From NCBI RefSeq assembly GCF_001447785.1, contig NW_015166495.1:160113-224112 (forward strand): a stretch of DNA of 64,000 bases, in the 5' to 3' direction. The notes under the pieces are model-generated. The model was not told the origin of the DNA. It saw only the letters and a list, made by a program, of their open reading frames with translations, and did not search any database. Shown here piece by piece: positions 1 through 12,614 of the stretch; positions within the stretch are counted from its first letter, which is position 1, and the number at the start of each line of letters is the position of its first letter. The stretch is from Gekko japonicus. Its lineage: Eukaryota. The position numbers were made by a program, and so were the translations under genes.

Positions 1-600
1 TCTGAATACTGCACTTTCCTATGTCAGATCTATGTCCACGTATTCTCTTGTGTAGGGACTGATGTATTTGTCCAATGTAGACAGCAGAAGGGCACTGTTG
101 GCATGTGGGGGCATATATTTAATTGGATGATGTGGAAGGGGATGAGCCCAGTATCATATAGCTGAAATTACTGGGTTCCATAATAATAATAGTAGTAGTA
201 ATAGAAAAATGGGGGGACAAAGTTCACATCTAGGTCTGATACAGGATTTGGTCGCTGAGCTTGTTCCTCTCTTGGGTAGTCCACTGTTCTTAGTCAGAAG
301 CTGTTTTAAGTTGAGAGGCTGTTTGTAAGTGAGAAAAGGACTGCCATCCATAGCCGGTGAAACATCCTTGTCTAGGAGAGGCTGTTGGTTATTGAAGTGC
401 TGGAGTGGTTTATGTTGTGAGCTGTGGGTGACAGCCACCGGCATTCTGTTGTTGACTTCCTTGGGTCTGTCTTGTAGTAGGCTAGGTCTGGGTAGCATTC
501 TGGCTTTGATGACATGTTCCTTTACTCTACTGGGGAGGTATTGTAATCCCAAAAATGCTTTTTTGCAAATCCTCCAGGTGAGAGTCCCTGACTGCAGTCA
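1..600 (-). mobile_element. Penelope-like retroelement, degraded linker and GIY-YIG endonuclease part
   Basis: Minus strand reads RDSHLEDLQKAF..LLQDRP, CxxxRCxLCP and IYAPTCQQCPSAVYIGQ..LHKRIRGHRSDI. Confidence 0.85.
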
Positions 601-660
601 CACAAGCAGTTCACGCCAATACAGTTGCATTACTTTTGCAGATTTAAAGAACAATATCAG

Positions 661-953
661 AGAAGAAGAAGAAGATGATGATGATATTGGATTTATATCC
701 CATCCTTCAGTACCCAAAGGAGTCTCAGAGTGGCTTACAATCTCCTCTCCCTTCCTCTCCCCACAATAAACACCCTGTGAGGTAGGCGGGGCTGAGAGAG
801 CTCTGAGAGAACTGCCCTTTCCAGAACAGCTCAAAGAGAACTGTGACTGACCCAAGGTTACGCCAGCGGGTGCATGTGGAGGAGTGGGGAATCAAACCCG
901 GTTCTCCCAGATTAGCGTCTGCACTCCCAACCACTACACTAAACTGGCTCTCT
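661..953 (-). mobile_element. tRNA-derived SINE (Squam3-like, gecko type)
   Basis: Reverse complement of head GAGAGCCAGTTTAGTGTAGTGGTT, box B GGTTTGATTCCC, (TTC)n-type tail. About 12 related copies in the window. Confidence 0.85.
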
Positions 954-1579
954 CTGCCTTCTGTGCCCCAGTCATCAACATCACCTGGTAGGGATGTGCT
1001 CATAAGCACATATGAGCATAAGCGACCCCCATTGCCAGCAAGGGTCAAGCTCCGTGGTTAAGGCACCAGTAATGTGGATGCTTCAGCATGGGACCGTCAT
1101 GCAGAGGAGCTGCTTCAGGGTTTGCTGTTTGGTCACCCCTGTGATGGTTTAAATCACCGCAAATACAGGTGCTGCCTGATCACGCCAAGCCTCCAATGTG
1201 ACTGCAGCCCCAGTTTGAGGGATCAGAGCAAATAGGATTGTCACATAGTGCTTGGGTCTTGACTGTAGGATTTTTAATATCTTTTTTTTAAGCCCCCGGA
1301 GGGGATTTTTTTAATATATATATATAATACTACAAACTACATAACTCCATCCATGTAATATTTTCTTTTTCATTCTGTAATGAATTAACCTCAAAACCCA
1401 GAATGCTTAGTGCACCAAACTCAGAGAGCCCCCTCACTGAAAAGCAGTTTGAGTGACAGGCCGCTGCCTGCTTGCACCTCCCACACACACACACTGGTCA
1501 GCGTCAGCTGAGGAGAGTTTTATAAATGTTGTGAGTCTTGTCAGAGAGTGAGTCAGTACATAGCCTTTACATCTATACT

Positions 1580-2130
1580 AAAACTCTCTAAATTCTCGAT
1601 AGCTTCTGAGACGTTCACTGCAGCCCAATCTTCTTCCATCCAAAAGAATAAAACTGCTAGTCTTAAGCCTCTTCCGCTCTGGTCTCAGGGTCCAGTGGCT
1701 TCTCAAAGGTTTCTTGATTATGAAGGGCACCTTCAGCTCTTTTTTCTTAGCAGACTTTAAGATGACACTTTCTAAGAACACTCGCAGGGAAGAAGTTAAA
1801 TCCTTGTAAATTTTTCCAATTTCTCTTGTACTTTTTCTTCTTTTCTCATTGAGATCGCTGCTCAATTTAGTGTCCATCTCATTTGCTTTGAGAGCCCTCA
1901 ATTCCATTTTTTCTCCAATCGCCTCCTGGAGCTGCTGAGACACAATTTGTTAATTTATCTTGGCAAGCTGCTGGTTAATACCAACAAATTGCTCCAAGAT
2001 CGGCTTGATGGCTTCTGCTACTAGTGCAGTGACGTCAACTTCCCTTCTTCTCCTTGGAGTTTTTGCCATCTTTTTTAGAGTATCTGCCATTTCAATGTTT
2101 TATTTTCAATAAAGTCTTCCTGGCTCTGCA
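1580..2130 (-). mobile_element. LINE (L1/Tx1-like) ORF1 fragment
   Basis: K/E-rich coiled-coil-like degraded ORF with an A-rich coding strand. Confidence 0.45.
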
Positions 2131-2748
2131 AATTGCATATGCTGTTAAAAGCTCATGGAAATCTCCCACAACAGGCTTACACGCTTGCAAATAGTCTTTC
2201 AGAAGTATCCGTTTACAACTGTCTCTCTCTCTCCCCCTCCCCTCTTTCGTTTATGTAAACGCGTCAAAGAGGCACCCCCCTCCAATCACTTAAGGGGTTT
2301 CAGGGGGGGGTTCGCTTCAAGTATCCATTTACAATCATTTCTCTCTCCCTCCCCCTCCTTGTTTATGAAAATGCATTGAGAGGCGTCCCTCTCTCTGCAC
2401 GTTATCGCTCAGAAAGTTTTTCCTTTGAGGGGCATCCGTCATACATTTCCTATGGAGTAACATTTCAAAGTAAAAAATTCTCTACACCCAAACAATTAAC
2501 ATTTCTTATACCAGATTAAAATAATCTCATGGGAGGAACCAAGGATGAGTGGCAGAGCACAATGTTTTGCAAGTAGAAAGTCCTAGGTTCAGTTTCTGGC
2601 ATCTCCAGTTAAAGGACTTTTCTCCCTGAGACTTAGAAAGCCACTGCCAGCCAGAACAATTATTTAGAATAACCAATAGCCTTACTTAATATGAGGCAGC
2701 TTTATAACTAGATTTCTAGTTAGTTAATGTATCTATTAAACTGATTAA

Positions 2749-2836
2749 CAGTGCAATCCTAAACAGAGTTACACCCTTCTAAGTTCACTGACTTCAGTGG
2801 AAGTCAGAGGGTATAACTATGATTAGGGCTGCACTG
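2749..2836. mobile_element. Small palindromic MITE
   Basis: Imperfect TIRs CAGTGCAATCCTAA ... TTAGGGCTGCACTG. Confidence 0.6.
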
Positions 2837-3399
2837 CAAAATGTGCATCCCTTCTTTATTCACCCCAATTACTTTTTCAGTACACAGTACCTACCCACTC
2901 CGGCACTGTTGAAGATACTTGGCAGGACAAGCATGATGTGGTTGGGCCAGTATTTTTTATATATTGCCATTTCATATTCTTTGACTACTAAGACATGTAA
3001 ATGGCTAGCCCCATCCATGGCGTGGTAAAGGTTAAAAAGTCCGTGCTCATGACGTCCAGTTGTGGGAGTAAATGTCGGGCTCTTTATATAATCCTGGCTC
3101 TGCAAAAGTAGGAATCTCTGTGTTATTGTGTTGATTTAATATTAACAAAGGAAAGGAGTGTGGTGGGAAATCTAAACAACTAAAACAGATAACGGTTGCA
3201 AGTGTTGGTACACAGACCAATTTGAAAAACAAGAGTCTTGTAATATTCTGTATTTTGACCAAACAAAACAAGATGCAAGCTTTTGAGCTCAGGCTGAAGC
3301 AAAAAGGACACAAAAGGAGGAGGGGTGAAGAGAAAAGATAGGTTGTTTTGAGGCATGGTGCCAAAGTCTGCAGTTTTAGTCTTATAATGCACTCGCACT

Positions 3400-3625
3400 T
3401 ATTTAGATCCCACTCTTCTCCCCAATGGAGACTCAAACCAGCTTTTAGAACAATGTTCTCCTCTCCTCCACGTCCTCACATCAACAACCTGTGAGATGAG
3501 CCAGGCTGAGAGTTTGTGATGGGCCCAGGGTCACCCAACCAGCTTCCATGGTAGAAGTGGGATTCGAACCCCGGTCACCCAGGATCCTAGTCCACCGCTC
3601 TATCCATTACACCACACTGGCTCTA
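3400..3625 (-). mobile_element. Older tRNA/CORE-type SINE
   Basis: Box B (gggattcgaacc on +), CORE-like aggctgagag..gcccagggtcaccc. Confidence 0.7.
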
Positions 3626-5074
3626 CACCAAAATGGAAAACATAATATACTGCAGACTGAATTGGATTAGTTAAGAATCAGTGCCTGATGCAAAACAGGT
3701 TCATAAGTTGTCCCAAGTTGCTGAAACAAAGGAGGAGGAGGGAAAAAACACGTTCTCCCTTTGTGAATACTGTCCCAGCAACTTGGGACTCCACTCTGGG
3801 TCCTTACTGTAGAGAAAAGTGGAGAATAAATATCTAAATAAATAGGGGCAAAAGAGAGCCAATGGGAAAAGAAATTAAGATTTTAAAAAATAAGCAAGTT
3901 ATTTGACTATAGAAGTTTCAGCAACTAGAGGCCCCAGGGTCAAATCCAGTCTTATGCCTAGTCCCCATTAACTCCCTTGGTGCCATTGTAGAAGCAAATA
4001 TATGAAATAAATTTTGGGGGTGGGGGGAGATTGCTGGCCTGATCAACCACCCGCCCTCCTTCCAGAAAACAATTGGCTAATGAGGGAACAGTAACAGTGG
4101 CACCCATTCAAGATAATTAAACACAGCGAAAACACAAAAGAACCCTTTCTAAGGTCTCCTAGCAGAATTATTTGCATTTTCACAAGAAAACAGGGGTTTA
4201 GATGCCTGTTTTCCAGGCAACCCATGGGCATGTTGTTTCACTATCAGCAGAGACATAGAGAAGGCAGTCTTTCTTCTTCACAATCTGGCAGCAGAACCAA
4301 AACCATGAAGGCAAAGCGTGGTCTGGACCCTGTAAAACAATTCATCCATATTTATCTTAAAGCCTGCTAATTTTCCAAATTCTTTAATTTTCTATAACAG
4401 CACCTTTGCGGTTTCCGTCGGATTCTCTAAAATAATACCTCAACTTGATACATGCTTTGTGAGTTAATTTACCTGATCTGTGACAAGCGGCAACCTCATG
4501 CTTTCTAGCTGTCTTCCTGGATGGCTAAAGACAAAATGGTGTTCCTTGGACTTGGGGATGATGAAGTGAAGCTGGATCTCCTCTCCAAGCATTGAATAGG
4601 AAAATGCAAAGGCATGCAAGGTAGATTCGTAAAGCTGCAGAGAAAATGTGATAAAAGGGTAACTCAACTTGCAGTACAGCCTGGCTCTTTAAAAACAACA
4701 ACAACACCTTAGCATTACAAACTCTGGTTTCTCTTCAGATAAAAATTTATAGTATGTTTTACCATTCATGACTGATACATCCAATGTAGTAATTAAAACA
4801 GTAATATTTATTATTATTTACTTATACCACACCTTTCTCATTTCATCAGGGCCATTAAGATACTGGATTAAAAACATAGAAAATAAACCCAGATCTTTTA
4901 AAAAAACACAAATTATTATAACAATTAAAACCAAAGCTAAAATACACATACAAAAACATAGAAACAAAAACAACAATTAAATCATAAGGCAGGAAGGAGG
5001 GATCCCTGTGGGAGCACTAAACCATTTTTTTTTAAAGTCTACACTTGCTGCTGGAAGGGGAAAGACAAGTTTTC

Positions 5075-5795
5075 TCCTTGTTCTCTTGCTAAATTGCAAA
5101 TATCTTTAAATGTCAAATCTAATTGGTCTTCAAAGATTATGTAAAATTCTCTTCCTGTTGTTTTATTCTTTTCTGCAAATCCAAATTCTTTTTTGTTCTC
5201 CTTTGTTTGTTAACTTTGGATGCTTCTTGTATTAACATACCTCTTGCAATTGCTTTCATTGTATCCCAAATAACTTTCAAAGATGTTCCTTGTTTTTTAT
5301 TTTCAATAAAAAAATGTTTCAGTTTTTCTCTCATTTTCATCACAAACTTGTCATTTCTCAATAGCCTTGTATTCATGGTCCATCTAGTTCTATTTCTTGT
5401 AGTTTGAAATTCCATATACACCGGTTTATGGTCCGCAAATATTCCTGCCTGTATCTCTGCCTCCTTCAGATCTTTTACTAGTAATGTCAATATCCAAATC
5501 ATGTCTATCCTGGACCATGTATCATGTCTTGCCGAGTAGGAAGTAAATTGTTTAGAAGAAAACTTTCTTATCCTCCATGCATCTACTAAATTCAGGTCTA
5601 ACAACATTTGGGTCAATGCTTTTGGCGTTTCTGTTTTCCTTTTTCTCTTATCACCTGAACATTTGTCTTTGTCTTTATCGCTAATTGCGTTGAAATCTCC
5701 CATAATGCATATATTTTGGTAGTCCTGTTCTGCAATGGCTCCATGTAATTTCTTATAAAATTTCTCCTGTTCTTGATTTGGTGCACCAGACCCCA
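5075..5795 (-). mobile_element. L1/Tx1 ORF2 endonuclease fragment
   Basis: APN, MGDFN, LVDAWR, TWSRIDMIW, DHKPV, WDTMKAIARG. Confidence 0.88.
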
Positions 5796-5809
5796 CCTTC
5801 AATTTTTAA

Positions 5810-6200
5810 TATCTTTTGAGTGATAGCTGGAAGCATACAGGTAGGTTTGGTGACCCAGTGGGTTTTTGATATAAAGTGGTGCTTATCTGTCCATTGCAAA
5901 AGAAATGCATGTGTTATGGGGACCAGTCCACGGTGAAGTTGATGTTGGGTTGAAAATTGTTCAAGCCCTGGTGGAATTGCTCAGGAACTTCTTCCCCATA
6001 TTTCCAGATGATGAAAATGGGCAAGAGCCGAGGAAGTGTTGCAATGAGTCATCCATGAAAATGTTTGCAAACTGTGATGCCACATGGATACCCAGGGCTG
6101 TACCATTAATCGGACAGAATAAATTATTAAATTCAAAGTGGCCGTAGGTGAGGACAAATAAGCCAAGTTCCGTAGCCAAATTTGCTGTGATAGTATCCTG
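5810..6200 (-). mobile_element. Penelope-like retroelement, degraded RT part
   Basis: NGTALGIHVASQFANIFM, NFQPNINFT, TLYQKPT and YASSYH are Penelope RT motifs. Confidence 0.8.
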
Positions 6201-6224
6201 CTAAGGTTCCTGCTGGGTTGAATT

Positions 6225-6720
6225 TATTTATTTATTTAATTTATTGTATTTGATTTATATCCCGCCCTCCCCGCATAGTAGGCTCAGGGTGGGTTACATC
6301 ACATTTAGTAGAAAATACAATATACAAAAATAAAACAATTAAAGCACCAATGAAATAAAACAGCATCATTCATCCGGTGCAAGTTATAGTTAAAGCCTCA
6401 CAGATGCCATCTCTTTCAAGTTTTTGTCCTTAGGTGGTAATGCAGTTCTGACCTACTGAAGGGAAGCCCAGTAGAGAGGGAGGGACATCCATCGCCCTAG
6501 TTAAAAGCCCGGCAGAAGAGCTCCGTCTTGCAGGCCCTGTGTAAAAGGTCCCGCAGGGCCCTGATCTCATATGGGAGCTCATTCCACCTGGTAGGGGCCA
6601 GGGCTGAAAAGGCCCTGGCCCTAGTCGAGGTGAGAAGGAAGTCCCTGGGACTGGGGACCACCAGAAGATGTTGACTGGCAGATCATAAAGCCCTTCGGGT
6701 TTATGGGAGTCCATCTTTAT
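6225..6720 (-). mobile_element. L2-type LINE 3' fragment
   Basis: (TTTA)n tail then atcccgccctcccc..ggctcagggtgggttaca. Similar 3' ends at about 7670-7760 (-), 45130-45285 (+) and 60480-60720 (+). Confidence 0.65.
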
Positions 6721-6760
6721 GGGAGATGTTGGTATACAGAAATTTGATATCCACGGAACC

Positions 6761-7126
6761 TAGGCTTGCCAAGTCCCCCCGGGGGGGTGGGGAAACCCCC
6801 GCCCAAGAGGTCCATTACCCCCCGCTGCCGGATTGGGCCCCAGGGGGAACCCCACCCCCAAAGCACACGACATGCCCGGCGTCAGCACGTCACCTGGAAG
6901 TGACGCAATCACGTTGGGCACATTGGGGCAGGGCCACAATCATCCGAGAGAAAACTCTATGGTTTTCCCTTGGATGATTGTGGCTCCGCCCCCAATGTGC
7001 CCGACATGATTGCGTCACTTCCGGGTGATGTAAGTGCAGCATGCACGCGCTTTGCCCGCACGGAGGGACTCCCGGACCAAGACTGGACTCCCACACTATT
7101 CAACAGGTGAGGACTTGGCAAACCTA
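6761..7126. mobile_element. Non-autonomous hAT (Tip100-like) MITE
   Basis: TIRs TAGGCTTGCCAAGTCC / GGACTTGGCAAACCTA, perfect 8-bp TSD ACGGAACC, internal ~135-bp hairpin. Confidence 0.92.
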
Positions 7127-7967
7127 ACGGAACCTCATTTTTTATCATCTTATGTTCAATGCCTATAGCAGAATAACATGGCTACACTTTATCATCTTAA
7201 TATTTGCCAATATTTATTGAATAAGAGCACTGTAATATAAATTAAGGAAGAATGAGTCTTTTGAGAGGTGTGTAAGAGAGAGTTTAAAGTTATTTCCCAT
7301 TTGGAAGTTGTGTGTAAGATGTAAATAGAGATGGATGTATTTTTAGATATCCAGGGATTTTAAATGCAGGCATTTTTCCATGATGAAATTACTGGAAGAT
7401 AAACGTTTCCCAGGCATTTTTGGGCTGTGCTTACTTAATAAAATAGTGAGACGTAAACCCCTGATGACACTGCCAGTGTCCTTTCCAAATCAGAGAGCTA
7501 TTTCAATACTGATTTACACCAAAACCTGCATGTGGAAAACAAATAAAAAATCTGAATCTAAATATAGAATTGATATGAATGACATTGTATGTACCGAATA
7601 ACAATATCTTTGGTCAGTCAGTCCAGTTACCTTTATTATTGGCCCCAGTGCGGTTCCTGGTTTAGGTATCATTTATTTATTTATTTACTTACTTACTTAC
7701 TTATTTAATCAAACTTGTATCCCGCCTTCCCTGCAAGCAGGCTCAGGGTGGGTTCCATCAGTGTTGAAGGAATATACAATAATTTAAAAACAGCTCAAAC
7801 AATAAATAGCATACAATCATAACATACCATGCAGAATCTAGTTAATAATGGAGAAGCTAAAGCAATGTTAAAATTCCCAGATAGTTGTTCAGGTTCAAGA
7901 TACTGATGGGAGGCCAGTCAGAAGGAACTCTTTGGTTCTGATAACCTCAATAAACCACAGTTATAGT

Positions 7968-8321
7968 AAAGGTAAAAGATAAAGGTTTCCCTCGCTCGAA
8001 AGCAAACTGAATCAGACTCTAGGGATGCAGTGCTCATCTCCATTTCCAAGCCAAAGGGCCAGTGCTGTTCTAAGACTTCTCCATGGTCATGTAGCCGGCA
8101 TTACTAGACACTGAGGTGCACGGAATGCTGTTACCTTCCCACCAAAGCGGTACCTATTTATCTGCTTGCAATTTCTTGCTTTCAAACTGCTAGGTTGGCA
8201 GGAGCTGGGACCAGAGACGGGAGCTCACTTTGTCACACAGCACTCAGGTCTCGAACTGCTGAACTACCGACCTTCTGGTCTGCAGTTCAGCATCTTAACC
8301 ACTTGAGCCACCGCAGCCCTT
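7968..8321 (-). mobile_element. Sauria SINE (Squam1)
   Basis: ACCTTT-type tail, tRNA head, ~17-bp TSD taaaccacaRttaYagt. Paralog at 57040. Confidence 0.88.
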
Positions 8322-8439
8322 TTAAACCACAATTACAGTTGTGCTTAAGTCTCACTTTAGTTCATTTTCCATTAAAATTCACTATATGGTGACAAGGTAG
8401 AGAATATTACCTCGGAAGCACTTGAGTATTTATTGTGAG

Positions 8440-8645
8440 CAGTGTTCCCTCTAAGCTGAATTAGTGTGAGCTAGCTCACAGTTTTTTAGCCTCCGGCTCA
8501 TACATTTTTGTCTTAGCTCAGGAAGGATGGCTGCAGAGCAAACTAATTTATGCAGCAGCCAAATCGCTCACTCACAACTTTAATGCCAGCAGCTCACGAA
8601 GTAGAATTTTTGCTCACAAGACTCCACAGCTTAGAGGAAGCATTG
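8440..8645. mobile_element. hAT MITE family CAGTGTTCCCTCTAAGCT
   Basis: TIRs and degenerate 8-bp TSD attgtgag/gttgtaag; six copies in the window. Confidence 0.88.
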
Positions 8646-8726
8646 GTTGTAAGCAAAGCCCTACCAGTGCAACTTCTAAACAACTCATTTGTTCTTTCCT
8701 ACAGAAGAGACAAGCCAGAGAATGTT

Positions 8727-9656
8727 ATGGGACCTCCAAATGAGACAGTGGTGACTGAATTCATCTTGATTGGGTTATCCGAAGACCCCAGGGCACGGGC
8801 TGTGTTCTTTGGGATCCTCTTGTTTGCTTACCTTATAAGCTTTCTTGGAAATGGACTCATCATTGTTTTGAGTATTGCTGATCCCCGGCTCCATACTCCC
8901 ATGTATTTCTTTATTTGCATCCTCTCCTCAATCGACTTCATCCTCTCCAGCAATATACTTCCTGAGGTCCTGGTCAACTGCTTCCTGACCAGGCCTGCAG
9001 TCTCCTTCTACAAATGTCTGATCCAGATGTACATCGGTCTGTTTCTTGTCTCAACAGAATGCGTCCTTCTGGCCATCATGGCCTACGACCGCTTTGCTGC
9101 GATATGCCAGCCCCTTCACTACATGCAGATCATGAGCTGGAGACTTTGCATCAGCCTGGTGGCCGTATCCATGGCTTTCTCCTTTGTGGTAACCCTTGTC
9201 ACGGTGCTACTGCAGCCAACTGACTTCTGCGGACAAAATATCATTAACCATTTTGCATGTGAGCTACAATCGTTCCTCAAACTGGCCTGCTCTGACACAC
9301 GTGCTAGCGAGCTCTTCATGCACATTTCCAGCCTTTTCCTCTTGATACCACCCTTTGGCTTCATCGTTGTGACATATGGACGCATCGGCTGGGCTGTCAT
9401 GCTCATCCGCTCAAAAGAAGGTCGCAAGAAAGCCTTCTCCACCTGTAGTTCTCACATTGCGGTGGTCAGTGTCTTTTATGGAACCATCATGATCATGTAC
9501 GTGAAGCCCCAAAAAACGTCATCGGATCAAGATAAGATGATAGCTTTAATGTACGGGGTATTAACTCCCATGCTTAACCCCGTGATCTACAGCTTGAGAA
9601 ACAGGGATGTGAAAGGAGCTTTCTGGAGAGTGTTTGGAAGGAAAATGTCAGAATAA
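8727..9656 (+). CDS. Olfactory receptor, class II (family 2/13-like), 309 aa (OR-A)
   Basis: N-glycosylation site NET, LHTPMYFF, MAYDRFAAICQPLHY, HFACE..LKLACSDT, KAFSTCSSH, PMLNPVIYSLRN. The likely ATG at 8727 follows a polypyrimidine/CAG acceptor ending at 8704. The ORF-track start at 8550 lies in a MITE. Confidence 0.96.
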   Translation: MGPPNETVVTEFILIGLSEDPRARAVFFGILLFAYLISFLGNGLIIVLSIADPRLHTPMYFFICILSSIDFILSSNILPEVLVNCFLTRPAVSFYKCLIQMYIGLFLVSTECVLLAIMAYDRFAAICQPLHYMQIMSWRLCISLVAVSMAFSFVVTLVTVLLQPTDFCGQNIINHFACELQSFLKLACSDTRASELFMHISSLFLLIPPFGFIVVTYGRIGWAVMLIRSKEGRKKAFSTCSSHIAVVSVFYGTIMIMYVKPQKTSSDQDKMIALMYGVLTPMLNPVIYSLRNRDVKGAFWRVFGRKMSE

Positions 9657-10107
9657 AGACTCGCGCCATAACCTTCCACTTCTTCTTATGATAACCTTCT
9701 TCATACACAGTTTCTATGCTGAATCTTGTGAAATTCATTAACTGTGATGACCATCGTGTCCCTGTTTCGCCATGAACAGTGGACAGCCCCCGCCACGTGC
9801 TGAAAACAAACATGAACTAATATTTATTCCTTGTAGAAATTCTAGCTATATCCTACACATAGTTGGCTTCTGTAATGGAAATTAATCTGATGTGAAACAG
9901 TCCTTATAGTGGTGAAGATGAGCCAGAAATGATATCAGTAAATTATAGTCAAACTCTTGGGATGAAAGTATTAGTGTAAACACAAGTCAACCTTAACCAA
10001 TATTGGTCTAGAATGGAAATAGGGAAGGAAGTGGATTCTTGATACCCTTAGGTTCTAACCAAAATTCTCAGATTATAAGCAATGTCATGTGAGCAGTAGA
10101 TCCCAGA

Positions 10108-10412
10108 AGATCGGGTTGCATTTTGATGATGCAATCCAATTTGTATCTTCACTAGTGAAACATGGAAACTGGCCTTCCACAGGAAGCAACAACATTCATT
10201 GACTGAGAAGCAAGCAAGTCTTTGGAACAGGAATAGGATCTGGTATTGGAGAACGGAGCAAGATCGGGTTGCATTTTGATGATGCAATCCAATTTGTATC
10301 TTCACTAGTGAAACATAGAAACTGGCCTTCCACAGGAAGCAACAACATTCATTGACTGAGAAGCAAGCAAGTCTTTGGAACAGGAATAGGATCTGGTATT
10401 GGAGAATGGAGC
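10108..10412. repeat. Near-perfect 153-bp tandem duplication
   Basis: agatcgggttgca...gagca occurs twice; single copy in the paralogous 3' blocks; ~70 bp from an N gap. Confidence 0.9.
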
Positions 10413-10567
10413 AATGACTTTTGCTGCTGAAGGACAGTGTACTTCCTGGTATCAAAGATGAGATCACATTTTGAAAGAGNNNNNNNNNNNCTAGAATTAT
10501 GTTTTATTCTTTCAACTGCTAATGGCTAAGGTTGCTAGGCTTTCCTGCTGAATGGCAAATAAAGGAT

Positions 10568-11276
10568 GTTATCAGCCAGTATCATCATGCCCCTGTATAA
10601 ATTAATGGTGCAACCTCATTTGGAGTACTGTGTACAGTTCTGGTCACCACACCTCAAAAAGGATATTATGGCATTGGGAAAAGTGCAGAAAAGGGCAACT
10701 AGAATGATAAAAGGGTTGAAACACTTTCCCTATGAAGAAACGTTAAAGCGCTTGGGGCTCTTGAGCTTGGAGAAATGACGGCTGAGGGGTGACATGATCG
10801 AGGTTTACAAGATTATGCATGGGATAGAGCAGGTAGAGAAAGAAGTACTTTTCTCCTTTTCTCACAATACAAGAACTGGTGGGCACTCAATGAAATTGCT
10901 GAGTAGTCGGGTTAGAATGGATAAAAGGAAGTACTTCTTCACCCAAAGAGTGATTAACACATGGAATTCACTGCCATAGGAGGTGGCAGCAGTTACAAGC
11001 ATGGATGGCTTCAAGAGGGAATTGGGTAAACATATGGAGCAGAGATCCATCAGTGGCTATTAGCTACAAGTTATAGATAGGAACTCTCAAACTGGGGCAA
11101 GTGATGCACTGTATTCTTGGTGCTTGCGGGGGGGGGAACCTCCCGATGGCAGCTGGTATTTTTGGCCTGGTGGACCTCCTGATGGCAGCTGGTATTTTTG
11201 GCCACTGTGTGACAGAGTCTTGGACTGGATGGGACATTGGCCTGCTCCAACATCGGCTTCTCTTATGTTCTTATGT
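10568..11276 (+). mobile_element. CR1 LINE 3' fragment
   Basis: [34 protein letters not shown] with a (TTCTTATG)n tail. Confidence 0.92.
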
Positions 11277-11313
11277 TTGAAACTGTCACACACACACCCC
11301 GCTTCTCTTAGAG

Positions 11314-12485
11314 CTGGGATGTCAAACATCTTGCCCGTGGGCCAGATCAGGCCCTCAGAGGGTTCCAATTCAGCCTGCAAGGACCTGGTTGTTTTCTGTT
11401 TAATTTTCCAGTTCTTCTGTTACTACCACAATGTAGCTTGCTTTACTAGACTCTCTCAACTGCCCAGGAAAGATAGATAGGCAAGCCTCTCCTGTGCAAT
11501 TGAGACAGTCTGGTAAAGCACTGGCTGAAGTTCCTCCCCCTCCTCCTCCCAGAGGGAGGGAGGGAACTGGCCAGGCTTCCTCAATCCTACAGAAAACACT
11601 GGCTGAGGGTCCTCCCTAAAGGGAGGGAGGGAGGGAATGAGAGATTGCTTTGCTGGACTGCCTCAGTCACACGGGAGAAATACCAAGTACCTTGAAGACC
11701 AACAAAGTTTTCTTCAAGGTATGAGCTTTTGTGTCCCTTGCTACAATGTATGTGTATTTTGTTGGGCTTTTTATACCGGGGTCTCCTGGGTGCAACCGGG
11801 TTCCCTTTTCACTGAATCATGCCCTCATGATCCAGTCTTTCTCAGTAAGAAAGCCATGTGAACTATTTTAGAGGAGGAATAACAACAAGCCAGTGAGGTG
11901 GATTAGGCTGAGAGTGTGTGTCAAGACCAAGTTCACCCAGCATGTTTCCTTTGTAGGGAGTTGCAGTTATTTCTCTGGGGAAGACTATAGTTTTGTAGAC
12001 AAACACATGGTCCTCAGTCTGTGTTGGGATGCCTTCTCATGTTCTTGACCAGCACATGAAGCAACTTATGTACAAAAGCTCACAATGCCCAGCCATGTCA
12101 TGTTTTTCCCTTGGGTCCTAGACTCAGAACACTGAGCATGAGATTCCTGTAATAAATGTCAATAAATCAAAAGTAGGTTTGTAGCTTAAAGATACACACC
12201 TAAACAGCATACTCAGGATTGCTACAGCACAGACATTTTGATGCAATAATTCAGAGCAAGAGGTGTCAGTTATCAGAGACTGTTAAATAGACAAAATACT
12301 GCAAGAGTGCTAGTGTTTTAAGCATGTTTTATTTAAATTTAAAAATCTTTCATTGTGTTTGTATTTGTCCTTTATAAAGTTTATATCTCTGCTACCTGAC
12401 ATTACATTTTATGACACACATGACCTGGCCAAACAAGGTCTCATTTCAGATCCGGCCCTCATAAGAAATACATTTGATACCCCTG
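11314..12485. mobile_element. Non-autonomous hAT (Charlie-like)
   Basis: TIRs CTGGGATGTCAAAC / ATTTGATACCCCTG, perfect 8-bp TSD TCTTAGAG. Shorter relative at 35873. Confidence 0.9.
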
Positions 12486-12614
12486 TCTTAGAGTACCTAC
12501 TGCTTATACAAGCGACAGACTAAAGTCTGAGTCCAGTGGCGCCTTTAAGACCAACAAAGTTTTATTCAAGGTGTGAGGTTTCGTGTGCAAGCACACTTTG
12601 TCAGACACACTTGC

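Noticed and set aside
329-1061. Repeated peptides such as WGIKPGSPRLES and ADSNLGEPGLIPHS across many ORFs
   Set aside because: Translations of SINE copies.
8550-8726. 59-aa N-terminal extension of OR-A
   Set aside because: It starts inside a hAT MITE (the same peptide appears at 56552) and reads through the splice acceptor. Paralogs start at MG(P/T)PN.
9119-9442. Recurrent antisense ORFs inside OR genes (also 17279-17722 and 58437-58760)
   Set aside because: Shadows of OR codon usage; conserved only because the OR is.
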